The notes under the pieces were generated by a model. The model did no database searches and had not been told where the DNA came from. It saw nothing but the letters and a program-made list of their open reading frames with translations. A stretch of DNA of 64,000 bases from assembly GCA_047947115.1 (NCBI GenBank), contig CP170459.1, forward strand, positions 4,672,001-4,736,000. The letters run 5' to 3'. The position numbers and the translations under genes are program-made. The first letter of the stretch is position 1; every line of letters starts with the position of its first letter. Shown piece after piece: positions 10,170-19,362 of this stretch. Origin of the DNA: Verrucomicrobiota bacterium. Lineage in GTDB: Bacteria; Verrucomicrobiota; Verrucomicrobiia; Limisphaerales; AAA164-E04.

Positions 10170-12557
10170 TCAGTCTTCTGAAAGGAACCTGATTGCGTCA
10201 GTAGCTTCCTGAAACTGCCCGGAAAGCTCTGGCTTACCGACAAAGTGATATGACACGAAGCGGGCACCTTCGCGCTCGGTGCGATTAAAGAAGTAACATG
10301 CGTTTTTCGATGTTCCTGGCGAGGCATTGACTTGAATCAGCGGCAACAACTTCAGGGCGCCACTCTGGTCCCCGTTAACGATGTAAAGGCTATCGACATC
10401 CAACCATGTAGTCATCGATCGTGACTCCTTCAGGAACTCGCTGTTACTGCCTCTGAGCATGGCAATTTCATTTTCAAAAACGCCTCTGCGTGGTCTGCAA
10501 TGTATAGCGTTCACGACAACCGCCGAATCCCACACATCGGACATAGCTTGTCGAAGTTTTTCAACCTGCGCAAGTAGCTGTGCATTGCGGAGTTTTGCTT
10601 CATCTTGTCCCACGACACCACCATGGCCGCTCCAGTCGTTACGCATCTTGTTCGTTGCCCCAAGAATAGCGGCAATGCCTTTACTAGATAGCAGGCTTGG
10701 CAGCTTGAGCCCAGAATCAGCGAAAATCGACGCACAGATTGCCCTGTCGTTCTTTGCATCATCAGGTTTCTTGCCGTGCTCTTGCAGTAGTAATCGTGTC
10801 TGTTTTCCGAGGTATTCCACGACGAGCTTCCAAGTTCCAAATGTCCCGCGTCGGAAGCTAAGATTCTGCTTCCCCATTGATTCTTTCAGCTTCTGTTTGT
10901 GCAACGCATACAGCGCCTCGTTTCTGCTGAATGCACTCAGAAGAATGACACTTAGAAACTCGGCTGTTGCTTCGAAGAAATGGAGAAGGTGCTCATGCTT
11001 GGTCTTGTAGTCGTCACTTGGAGTCGCTTGCCAGGCGCGCAGGATGGATGCAATGGGAAATGGAATTGTCTCAAACCATTGGTCAAGCCCGATGCTAGCC
11101 TGCTCCTTCAATTCCCCTGTAATTCTCGCAGTGAACTCCGTCAAACGCTCACTCACGGTGTCCGCAAAGCGTGGGTTTCTCCAGAGCTCTCGCCTCAATT
11201 CCTGCAAATCGTTCTGAAGGCTGAACAAAGTGTTCTCTTCAGCAGAAAGTCTGGCTTCGATCTCAAGCATCTTTTGTTGGGTAGTCAAATCGGGGATGAA
11301 CACCTGAAGACTTTTAAGGGTCTGTTTATTCAGCTTGGGAATGGTGGTCCCTGACTTGCCCCACTCACGGATCTTCTTCCCAAGCTCAGAGTTCAGGAAC
11401 TGAGCGATAAATGATGCGTGAGATTTCGCAGGGTCGACGACGACCTGAGCGTAGTTCTGCGCTTTCATCGTCAGTTCATCAATCGAGTCGACCACATCGC
11501 TTTGACCGATCATGGGAACGAAAATTGCATTCGGCGCTATCGGGAATTTGAAACCCTCTCCAAAGCGACCGAGGTTGATTGTGGTCGCGAGATCTTCAAG
11601 AAGGATCGCAGGAAAACCGATCTGCTTACTGGCCGTTTCGAAGTAATCACTTGCCCGGAGCGAGTCTATACCGCGAAAGTCGAGCGCCTCAACATAACGG
11701 CCCAGTTCAACTGCTCCGCCTTCCTTGCCGTTGGCCAGATTGGACAGAATATGTGAGTTGGTATTTGCATCACCTGAAAGTTGCGCCACAAACATCGGCT
11801 TGGTCGACGATTTCGTGATAACCAAGAGGTATGTCGTGATTGCCGTGTAAGGAGCGAAGGACCCGGAAGGCAATGCGAGCGCCGCATCCACATTAAAACC
11901 AAGATCGGCGAAGCGCCTTAAAACAGATCGCTTGGAGAAAAAGAATGACAGCGGGACCACAAAAAGCCCCAAGCCATTCTCAGATAGCCTCGCGGTGGAC
12001 GCCGCAAGAATCAGATTCCCAAGATCATCCTTTAGCTCAAGCGGATTTCCCGCCATATCGGAAAGCAATAGCATCTCACTCGCTCTCCCGCCAAATGGCA
12101 GGCAACTGACAACGATGTCTATCGGATTTGCCAGCTTCTCCAGAAGCTCGAGAGGCTTGCCAATCATCCACTCTGCTGTAGGAAACAACGCTTTTGCAAG
12201 CATGCCCTCAGACGCATTCATATTGAAAGCGTAGCACCTTGAGACAGACACTGCGCGCTGAGCAATTGCCAGCAACGTTCCGACTCCAGCCCAAGGGTCA
12301 CACAGCGTTTGAGGAGAACGACCAGCAAGGAGTTTAGGCAGAGCATCGGAAAGAACAGGTGGAACATGAAGGTGATCAACATGAGGTCCGCCAAAAGTCT
12401 GAAGAATTGTGGGTATCAACACTGGAAGCTGGTCGGAGGGAACTGTGATTCCGAGTGAATTGAGACGCTCGGCAACGGCAATCGGAGCGACAGGAGCAGT
12501 GCCATGAGCAATTTCGTTCCTGAGTTTTCGCAGTTCGTTGAGCAATTCCGGGTTCAT
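10170..12557 (-). CDS. N6-MTase-like + TRD (HsdS-like) + HEPN-like fusion protein, putative defence factor
   Basis: Motif I LCDPWAGVG; degenerate motif IV SCLPFG; TRD-like GTTIPKLNKQTLKSLQVFIPDLTTQQK; RNDWSGH motif; N-terminal RNEIAH. Confidence 0.7.
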   Translation of the reverse strand: MNPELLNELRKLRNEIAHGTAPVAPIAVAERLNSLGITVPSDQLPVLIPTILQTFGGPHVDHLHVPPVLSDALPKLLAGRSPQTLCDPWAGVGTLLAIAQRAVSVSRCYAFNMNASEGMLAKALFPTAEWMIGKPLELLEKLANPIDIVVSCLPFGGRASEMLLLSDMAGNPLELKDDLGNLILAASTARLSENGLGLFVVPLSFFFSKRSVLRRFADLGFNVDAALALPSGSFAPYTAITTYLLVITKSSTKPMFVAQLSGDANTNSHILSNLANGKEGGAVELGRYVEALDFRGIDSLRASDYFETASKQIGFPAILLEDLATTINLGRFGEGFKFPIAPNAIFVPMIGQSDVVDSIDELTMKAQNYAQVVVDPAKSHASFIAQFLNSELGKKIREWGKSGTTIPKLNKQTLKSLQVFIPDLTTQQKMLEIEARLSAEENTLFSLQNDLQELRRELWRNPRFADTVSERLTEFTARITGELKEQASIGLDQWFETIPFPIASILRAWQATPSDDYKTKHEHLLHFFEATAEFLSVILLSAFSRNEALYALHKQKLKESMGKQNLSFRRGTFGTWKLVVEYLGKQTRLLLQEHGKKPDDAKNDRAICASIFADSGLKLPSLLSSKGIAAILGATNKMRNDWSGHGGVVGQDEAKLRNAQLLAQVEKLRQAMSDVWDSAVVVNAIHCRPRRGVFENEIAMLRGSNSEFLKESRSMTTWLDVDSLYIVNGDQSGALKLLPLIQVNASPGTSKNACYFFNRTEREGARFVSYHFVGKPELSGQFQEATDAIRFLSED

Positions 12558-12559
12558 GT

Positions 12560-12721
12560 TTAGTCCATTCTGATCTTCTTGCGGTGGTCGGCAGGTGGGA
12601 CTTCGGGATCAAAACCGTGCCTCTGCTCGGCTTCATCCAGCGACTCAAACATCCATCTGACAGCCTCGGCAGAATCGAGTATCCGGGCTTGGACGGCTTT
12701 GTGTTTTATTGGGTTGGGCAT
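12560..12721 (-). pseudogene. hsdR: Second 5' stub of the same type I hsdR family (53 aa, not in the ORF track)
   Basis: My translation MPNPIKHKAVQARILDSAEAVRWMFESLDEAEQRHGFDPEVPPADH aligns ungapped to the stub at 9885..10166. Confidence 0.75.
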
Positions 12722-12727
12722 AAAAAC

Positions 12728-15682
12728 CTACTGGCTCGCCAGCGAATAGCGCCTCTCACGGGCCTTAAATGCGGCCTCCCCACCTTCAAGAAGCAGGCAA
12801 ACCGATTCCCGAATTCCCATTTCCACTCCAGCTACTGAATGCTCCAAAGAGCCAGAATCGTAGCGCAGGCATGGGTAAGGCTGGTTATCAGGACGCTCAG
12901 CCGTCGCGATAACGATTTGCTCAGCATCTGTAGCGACCACCAAATTAGGATTGTGAGTGATTAGAATAATCTGCCGGCGTGTCTTGGCCTTCCGAATGTA
13001 AGGAACGAGCTGCTTGTAAACAGACGAGTTGTCCAAATTGCCCTCAGGCTGGTCGATCAACAAAGGACGTGTGTCGTCCTCATCCATCAATAGATAGAGC
13101 ACTAGGAGTGCAATGCCGCGTGTGCCTGGTGAGAGATATTCTAGCTGAGTCCCAGAATAATGAATCTTATAAGTTAGTTCGACGTGCTCAACCGAGAACA
13201 ACCAATCATTGAGCTCAACCTCAGTCAGTTTGGCAGTTCCAAACTCGCTGGGGAATGTCCTTGGATCTATCACGGCAATCAATTCCCTAAACGCAACCTC
13301 AATTTTGTCGGGATCGCCACTCTTCCATGCTGGAGCGAGCTTCGTATCGACAATTTTCTCGATCTCATTTCTCTTGGATTCTACGCCAGCACGACGTCCA
13401 TCAAAGAAACGGGACGATTGTGCTAACCAAGACTTGGCGTCGACCTGGTATCCAACTGAGACGCTAAACTGCATTTCCTCTCCTAATTGATCAATTGCCT
13501 CCTGCAACGGGGTGTATAATTCCTTTAACCCCTCCTCGTCGGCAGACAACGCCTTGAATACTTCGAGATAGATCTCGATCTGGCGCTCCCTTCGCTTTAC
13601 AAGCATCGCCGATACCCTATCGTCGAGATTCTTGATCTCCTTATCCAGTCGCTCGGCGGACTTTGTCCGTTCAGCAATCTGCTTCTGCAGGTCAAGAAGA
13701 CGTTTTCGGCTGACCTCATCCTTCGCAACAGTCTCCTTCAAAAAGTTGATCTTTCGTTTCACGGTTAAAACAGACTGGGTGCCTTCATCGTCTTCCTCCG
13801 TTCCTTTTAGACTCGTGATTTCAGCGTCAATCTTTTCGATTTCTTTATCAAGCAAGCCATCTGCATCAGGTGACCATGTTGGGGCCAATGCAGTTACAGT
13901 GGCCTCGCCGACATCAGCAATGCGCAATTGCTTTTGGATTAAACCAATTTCCTGATCCGTGTTCTTTCTAACAGTAGAGAAAGATTCGATGGCGGTCTCG
14001 ATCACTCTTCGTATTCTTGTTTTGGTGGAGACTTTCTCTTCAATTTGATTAAGGAATGCCTGCTGCTTTTCGAGGTCCTCCAAGATTTTCTTGTCTACAG
14101 ATTGAGTTGCATCAGGAAGTTGCTTCTTAAGCTCTTCAGCTTGTTTCTCAGCTTCAGCTTTCGCTTTTATCTTCAATGGTCGTTGGTCAACTGATTCCTG
14201 TAATCGCTCGACTTCTTTGTGCAGGGTTGCCAAGTCACCACGTAAAGATTCCTTCTGAATGTTCGAAGCTGCCTCCCGTGCCTTTCGGAGTTCTCCAAAT
14301 GACGAATACCCTTCCTTTTGAACCTCATCGAGTTTCGCAAACACAACATCCTCAATAGCATTCTGCAGTTCGGTTCCCTCGTGATCCGAAGAACACAATC
14401 GCTCAACAAAATCCTGAGATAAGTAACGGACGCGCGGCTTGCTTGCAATGAATGGAGAATCAGTGAGAATTCCTTCAGTAACTTCTCCACCACCCCATTC
14501 CAGTTCAACTTTTGTTCCTGAAAGATGAAGTGCACCTTTTGTGATGAAAGACGACTGGGAATTCAAATCCATTGTGAAACCTGCGGCAAATGCAACAAGA
14601 TCAGCAATGGCGGTCTTTCCCGCTCCCTTCTCGCCAATTACTGCCACGAGTCCCTGGTTTAGTTCCAAGAAAAAAGTAGAGAACCACCCTGAAGAGTTTG
14701 AAATCGAGACGCTTCGAATTTGTTGACTTTGATCAGTTGGCCTTGGCGGTTGTTTGCCCACATGGATCCGATCCTCTGGTTCCCAAAGAATCTGACGAAG
14801 TCCATGGAAGGAAGGATCGCTTTTGATCCAGCAAAATCGGTCTTCGGCAGGTTTAAATAGAGTCTCAACGGCGTGAGCATCAGAGCCATGTATACAAGGC
14901 TTAAGGGATCGGTATTGTCTAATGATCTCATCAGTCGAAGTGCTGGCTTTTTGGCCAAGGTAGTGCTTCCGATCTGATGGGTTTCCGGAAAAAACAAAAT
15001 CGCACCACTTCAGAATTTCGTCTCTTATAGCACCAAACCCATCAAGTGGAAGGCCACTTATTCCATCTTTTCCGTTAGCAATCCCAACAAGCGAATTCGT
15101 GCGGAGCCACTTTTCCCTCCCTAACCAGTTTTTAATAGCAGTCTGATCAGGCTTGAACTGCTCGATACCAAATTTGTATGCCCGATCATCATCAGTAATG
15201 TTCGGATTTTGGACCTTTCCGAATTCGATCAATTCCTCCTTGCAGCAGCCGTAATCCTGTCCGTCATAATGGAATTTCAAATTGCGTAATGCACGCTTGA
15301 TTTGATCTACATGATCTGGCTCCGAAGGATCAACCAAAAGATGAAGATTGAGAGCTTTGCCGTCGTCCGTCTGCGGCATCATGCGAAATTCGATATTCGG
15401 TATAAGGAGATCGACAGATTTTAGACGGTCGTTGTTCCTATGCTCAACAAGTAGTTTCTCGTAACCGTCCACCGTCATGTAATCCGTTACACCAATTACA
15501 GAAATTTCTGCATCGGCCGCCGCAGTCTCAAGCGCATCCACATACTCATTCCAATTGAGACTTCCAAACGGGCTCCCGAGCTTACTTTCAGGTGTGTGGA
15601 CATGCGGGTCCCAACGCCGCCACTCGGAACCTCTTTGCCAAGTAGAAGGTGAGATTTTGATAGGTGATTCTGAATTGCTCAT
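12728..15682 (-). CDS. PHP-domain + ABC/SMC-type ATPase (Ppl / TrlF-like anti-phage protein)
   Basis: RGSEWRRWDPHVHTP, GVTDY and GSDAH PHP motifs; Walker A GEKGAGKT; coiled coil; LSPGTR signature; Walker B LLIDQPE; ITHN. Confidence 0.85.
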   Translation of the reverse strand: MSNSESPIKISPSTWQRGSEWRRWDPHVHTPESKLGSPFGSLNWNEYVDALETAAADAEISVIGVTDYMTVDGYEKLLVEHRNNDRLKSVDLLIPNIEFRMMPQTDDGKALNLHLLVDPSEPDHVDQIKRALRNLKFHYDGQDYGCCKEELIEFGKVQNPNITDDDRAYKFGIEQFKPDQTAIKNWLGREKWLRTNSLVGIANGKDGISGLPLDGFGAIRDEILKWCDFVFSGNPSDRKHYLGQKASTSTDEIIRQYRSLKPCIHGSDAHAVETLFKPAEDRFCWIKSDPSFHGLRQILWEPEDRIHVGKQPPRPTDQSQQIRSVSISNSSGWFSTFFLELNQGLVAVIGEKGAGKTAIADLVAFAAGFTMDLNSQSSFITKGALHLSGTKVELEWGGGEVTEGILTDSPFIASKPRVRYLSQDFVERLCSSDHEGTELQNAIEDVVFAKLDEVQKEGYSSFGELRKAREAASNIQKESLRGDLATLHKEVERLQESVDQRPLKIKAKAEAEKQAEELKKQLPDATQSVDKKILEDLEKQQAFLNQIEEKVSTKTRIRRVIETAIESFSTVRKNTDQEIGLIQKQLRIADVGEATVTALAPTWSPDADGLLDKEIEKIDAEITSLKGTEEDDEGTQSVLTVKRKINFLKETVAKDEVSRKRLLDLQKQIAERTKSAERLDKEIKNLDDRVSAMLVKRRERQIEIYLEVFKALSADEEGLKELYTPLQEAIDQLGEEMQFSVSVGYQVDAKSWLAQSSRFFDGRRAGVESKRNEIEKIVDTKLAPAWKSGDPDKIEVAFRELIAVIDPRTFPSEFGTAKLTEVELNDWLFSVEHVELTYKIHYSGTQLEYLSPGTRGIALLVLYLLMDEDDTRPLLIDQPEGNLDNSSVYKQLVPYIRKAKTRRQIILITHNPNLVVATDAEQIVIATAERPDNQPYPCLRYDSGSLEHSVAGVEMGIRESVCLLLEGGEAAFKARERRYSLASQ

Positions 15683-16077
15683 GGAATATATTTCATACCG
15701 TGAACATATATCTTCACGGCTATCAGTTGGTGAAGAAGGGTGTGGAAGAAGTTCTGGATTTGAATCTTCTTGGACATCTCCATAAGAATCTTCTGCTCTG
15801 TTGTCGCGAGAGCTGACGCAATTTCCTTCTGCTCGTCCAAGGTGGGCGGGATTCCGACTTTGACAGCTCCTAGTTTTGTGGAGGACCCGACCTCCTTGGC
15901 GATACGATCAAATTCATCATAGAAGAAGTCACAAAGGAGTTTGTTGAAGATCAGCGGAATGACATAATTCTTGTATTTCAGGGGGGGCTTAGCACCACGA
16001 ATCGAACAGACCGCATCCCAGATCAAGGATTCAAGTAATTTCTCTTTTACCGATTGCTTACTCAAGCTCTCCTCCAT
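15679..16077 (-). pseudogene. Collapsed hsdM(N-term)-hsdS(C-term) chimera of a decayed type I RM system
   Basis: LESLIWDAVCSIRGAK..KYKNYVIPLIFNK (HsdM N-terminus) fused to IPPTLDEQKEIASAL...FHTLLHQL (HsdS C-terminus). Confidence 0.7.
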
Positions 16078-16126
16078 AATTTAAACATCGTTTCAGCCAT
16101 TTGATAACCGATTCCTGTTTAGTCAG

Positions 16127-16155
16127 ATACTAACGAAGGAATAAATATTTGGAAA
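16127..16155 (-). promoter_or_regulatory. Putative sigma70-type promoter TTTCCA-N17-TAGTAT (copy 1)
   Basis: Same boxes and spacing as 22917-22945; lies ~50 nt upstream of ORF 16077. Confidence 0.55.
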
Positions 16156-16189
16156 GAACGAAAATTGAATATCCCATTATATCCATCAC

Positions 16190-16261
16190 TGGCTTCTCGA
16201 AGGTGATCTCGCAGTTGCGGAGGTTCTTAGAGTGGTCAATCCAGAGACGGTGGAGCTTCAT
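16190..16261 (-). pseudogene. 5' stub of an RM-associated AAA/ABC ATPase
   Basis: MKLHRLWIDHSKNLRNCEITFEKP right after the hsdS stop resembles the first strands of AAA_15/AAA_21-type ATPases; truncated before Walker A. Confidence 0.5.
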
Positions 16262-16264
16262 GGG

Positions 16265-17872
16265 CTAAGCAGACACTGCCGGGGATGATGCGCTCTCCGT
16301 GGTGAGTTCGGCCACGAGGGCTTCGAGGAGGTGCTGGGCAGTCGTTCGGGATTCTAGGAGCTGCGTTTCCAATTCATCCACTAGGGCAATCAGTTGGTTC
16401 ACTTTGGCGACGATCCGACGTTGTTCGGCGATGGGTGGAATTGGAACGGGTAGAGCACACATCACTCCACGTCCGACGTTCTTCATTGAGCTACTGGTGC
16501 CGGATGAGTTCTTTGCGTAATGATTTCTCGCTTGGCTTGAGGAATTAGCGAGATTGATAAAGTCTCGATCAATTTCGTCGGGGAACGTGAAGCGAACAAT
16601 CTTGTCGCTCATCATCAAATGTGGAGGGGTTTCGACGACTACCACACTTCGCGCAACCAGATCTTCGGTATTAGCTCTCGAGAGGAGGAAATCGCCAGGT
16701 TTCACTTCGCAGCCAGGTCGGGGTTCCATTTCTGGGGGTAAGGCCTTATTTTCATCAGGCTTGAAGGTGCCCCACGAGACCGCGCTAACCTTGAGCACTC
16801 CCCATTCAGTGCCTGTCCTTGGCTCAGGAAGGCACTGTGGGCTCCAGCCAGAATCACTGGTTAGACAGATACTCCCTAGTCTCACCCATTTCCACGATTG
16901 GGGAATATTGTATGGAACCTCGTGGTGATTAACATCGTCGTAGACTTTCGCTTTTTCAACAGCCCGAAGTTTTTTGATTCGCTCAATCAGCTTTTCCACG
17001 GCTTCGTCCCCCGGATCCTGTGGGACAAGTTTGCCTTGGACGGCGAGGGTGAGGATGGATTTTCGTAAGTCGGCAGGTGGGATGTGGTAGGAGGAATGGA
17101 ATAGGAAGTTGAGGTTGGCCGGGGTGGGCGCGTCGGCAAAGCGGGCCAGAGAGGCTCGGGCGAGGCCGTTTGCGCGGGTGTCGCGTTCCTTCTGCTGCAC
17201 CTCCAGTCGATCACACAAGGCCATCAACTCATCCACCTTCGCCACAATCCGCTTCTGCTCGGCAAGGGGTGGTAGGGGGAAATTAATAGATGCTAAGTCT
17301 CCCTTATTGAAACCTGCCTGAGCTGATCGGCTCGCTCCAGCGATTTTGGCCTGAAAGAAGTGTGACTTCAGCACTCTGAAGGCAAATTCTGGTAGCAAGG
17401 CGTCTTCTGGGTATATAAACTTAGCGAGCGCAACATTGTAGGCTCCGTCTCGCGCCCAGAAAATTTTGCCAACGGAGGCTCCGTATCGGCCAATGAGAAT
17501 TTCTCCTTCTCTACAAAATCGTTTTGTCGAATCCTCGGGAATGCAGACTGGAACCGGCCTTTCCCCTAAATCGCGGATTTGAAACAATCGCACATAGCCG
17601 GGCCTAGGCTGGTCAGAAAATTGACTCTTGGGAGGTTGGTTCCCTCCTTGGATGTCGCAGAATTTCCCAAAGTTCAGCAACCGCCAGTTTGAAGGTAGAT
17701 TGCTGGACAAAGGTTCATCCATATATCTGGATTCAACATTTTCATTTGTGGCGTTCTGATTGCTAAGCCGTCCTTGAACTGCCAAGTCCAAAACAAATCC
17801 TCGCATCTTCGCCACCGCATCGGGCGCATCAGCGAACTGGTCGAATTTTTCAAAAAACGTTTCGAGCTTCAT
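16265..17872 (-). CDS. hsdS: Type I RM specificity subunit
   Basis: Two TRDs with conserved PPLAEQKRIVAKVDELMALCD and PPIAEQRRIVAKVNQL repeats; AVQGKLVPQDP. Confidence 0.92.
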   Translation of the reverse strand: MKLETFFEKFDQFADAPDAVAKMRGFVLDLAVQGRLSNQNATNENVESRYMDEPLSSNLPSNWRLLNFGKFCDIQGGNQPPKSQFSDQPRPGYVRLFQIRDLGERPVPVCIPEDSTKRFCREGEILIGRYGASVGKIFWARDGAYNVALAKFIYPEDALLPEFAFRVLKSHFFQAKIAGASRSAQAGFNKGDLASINFPLPPLAEQKRIVAKVDELMALCDRLEVQQKERDTRANGLARASLARFADAPTPANLNFLFHSSYHIPPADLRKSILTLAVQGKLVPQDPGDEAVEKLIERIKKLRAVEKAKVYDDVNHHEVPYNIPQSWKWVRLGSICLTSDSGWSPQCLPEPRTGTEWGVLKVSAVSWGTFKPDENKALPPEMEPRPGCEVKPGDFLLSRANTEDLVARSVVVVETPPHLMMSDKIVRFTFPDEIDRDFINLANSSSQARNHYAKNSSGTSSSMKNVGRGVMCALPVPIPPIAEQRRIVAKVNQLIALVDELETQLLESRTTAQHLLEALVAELTTESASSPAVSA

Positions 17873-19350
17873 TTCGACGATCCGGCAGTGGCGGTGAGGG
17901 CTTGGTGGAGTTCCTGTTTCAACTTGCCGCGGGTTTCGGCGATTTGTTCGAGGAGTGCTTCGTATTCGGGCAGGAGTTCCTCGACGCTACGGTTGTCACC
18001 TTCGGCTTGGTGTGGGTTTTTGATATCGAGGTTGTAGTTGTTCTTCTTGATGTCCTCGATGCAGACGCGCCAGGCTTGCTCGGTTTCCTTGCGCTTGGAG
18101 TAGCGCCCGTTTTTGTCGGGTTTGCCCCACCATTTTTTCTCGGATTTGAATTCCTCAATGCGGATGGGTTTGCCCTTGTTGTAGCTTTTGGCGCCCTCGG
18201 GATAGGGGTGCTCGTAATACCATACTTCGGTGGTGGGCTGCCCCTTGGTGAAGAACAGCAGATTCGTCTTGATCCCTGTGTAGGGATTGAAGACGCCGTT
18301 GGGCAAGCGGACGATGGTGTGGAGGTTGCACTCGCTGAGGAGTTTTTCCTTGATACGGGTTTTGACACCTTCGCCGAATAGGGTGCCATCGGGCAGGACG
18401 AGTCCGGCGCGGCCACCTGGTTTAAGCACGCGCATGATGAGGACGAGAAAAAGGTCAGCGGTTTCGCGGGTGCGGAACTCGCTGGGGAAATTAGCCTCGA
18501 TGCCGTCTTCTTCCATGCCTCCAAAGGGCGGATTGGTGACGATACAGTCGACGTATTCCTTAGGCTTCCAGTCGGTGAGGGGCCTTGAAAGCGTGTTGTC
18601 GTGCCGGACATTGGACGGGACGTCGATGCCGTGGAGCATGAGGTTGGTCATGCAGAGAACATGCGGGAGGTGCTTTTTCTCGATGCCGGAGAAGCAGCTC
18701 TAGAGGGTCGCCATGTCTTTGTCGGTCTTTGCCTGGTCGCGGAGGTGGTCGATGGCACAAGTGAGAAATCCTCCCGTGCCGCAAGCGGGATCGAAGACGG
18801 TTTCGCCAAGTCGGGGGTTAACTTGCTCAACGATGAACTGTGTGACGGCTCGAGGAGTTTAGAATTCGCCCGCATTACCAGCGGACTGAAGATCCTTGAG
18901 AATTTTCTCGTAGATGTCTCCAAACAGGTGGCGGTCGTCGGAGGCGTTGAAATCGATGGCGTTGATCTTGTTGACGACCTGCCGCATGAGGGTGCCGTTC
19001 TTCATGTAGTTGTTGGCATCCTCGAACGTCATTCGGATGAGCCCGGCGATGTGATCCTGTCCGGCGGCCATGTTCTTGAGCGCGGGAAGCAGTGTGAGGT
19101 TGATGAAATCGAGCAGTGCGTCGCCGGTGATCCCCTCCTCGTCGGCGGCCCAGTTGCGCCAGCGGAGGTGATCCTTCAGCGGGGACTTGTAGTCATCATC
19201 GAAGAGTTCGAGTTGTGTCTCGCGGTCATCGAAAATTTTAAGGAAAAAGAGCCAAGCCATTTGTTCGATGCGCTGGGCGTCACCATAGGTGCCGGCATCC
19301 TTGCGCATGATGTCTTGGATAGATTTTACGAGGTTAGAAATGTTTGGCAT
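17869..19350 (-). pseudogene. hsdM: Type I RM methyltransferase with two in-frame stops (TAA 18859-18861, TAG 18700-18702)
   Basis: One frame reads NAGEF*TPRAVT...DPACGTGGFL...ATL*SCFSG...TNPPFGG; 493 codons overall. Confidence 0.9.
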
Positions 19351-19362
19351 GAGTTAATTATT

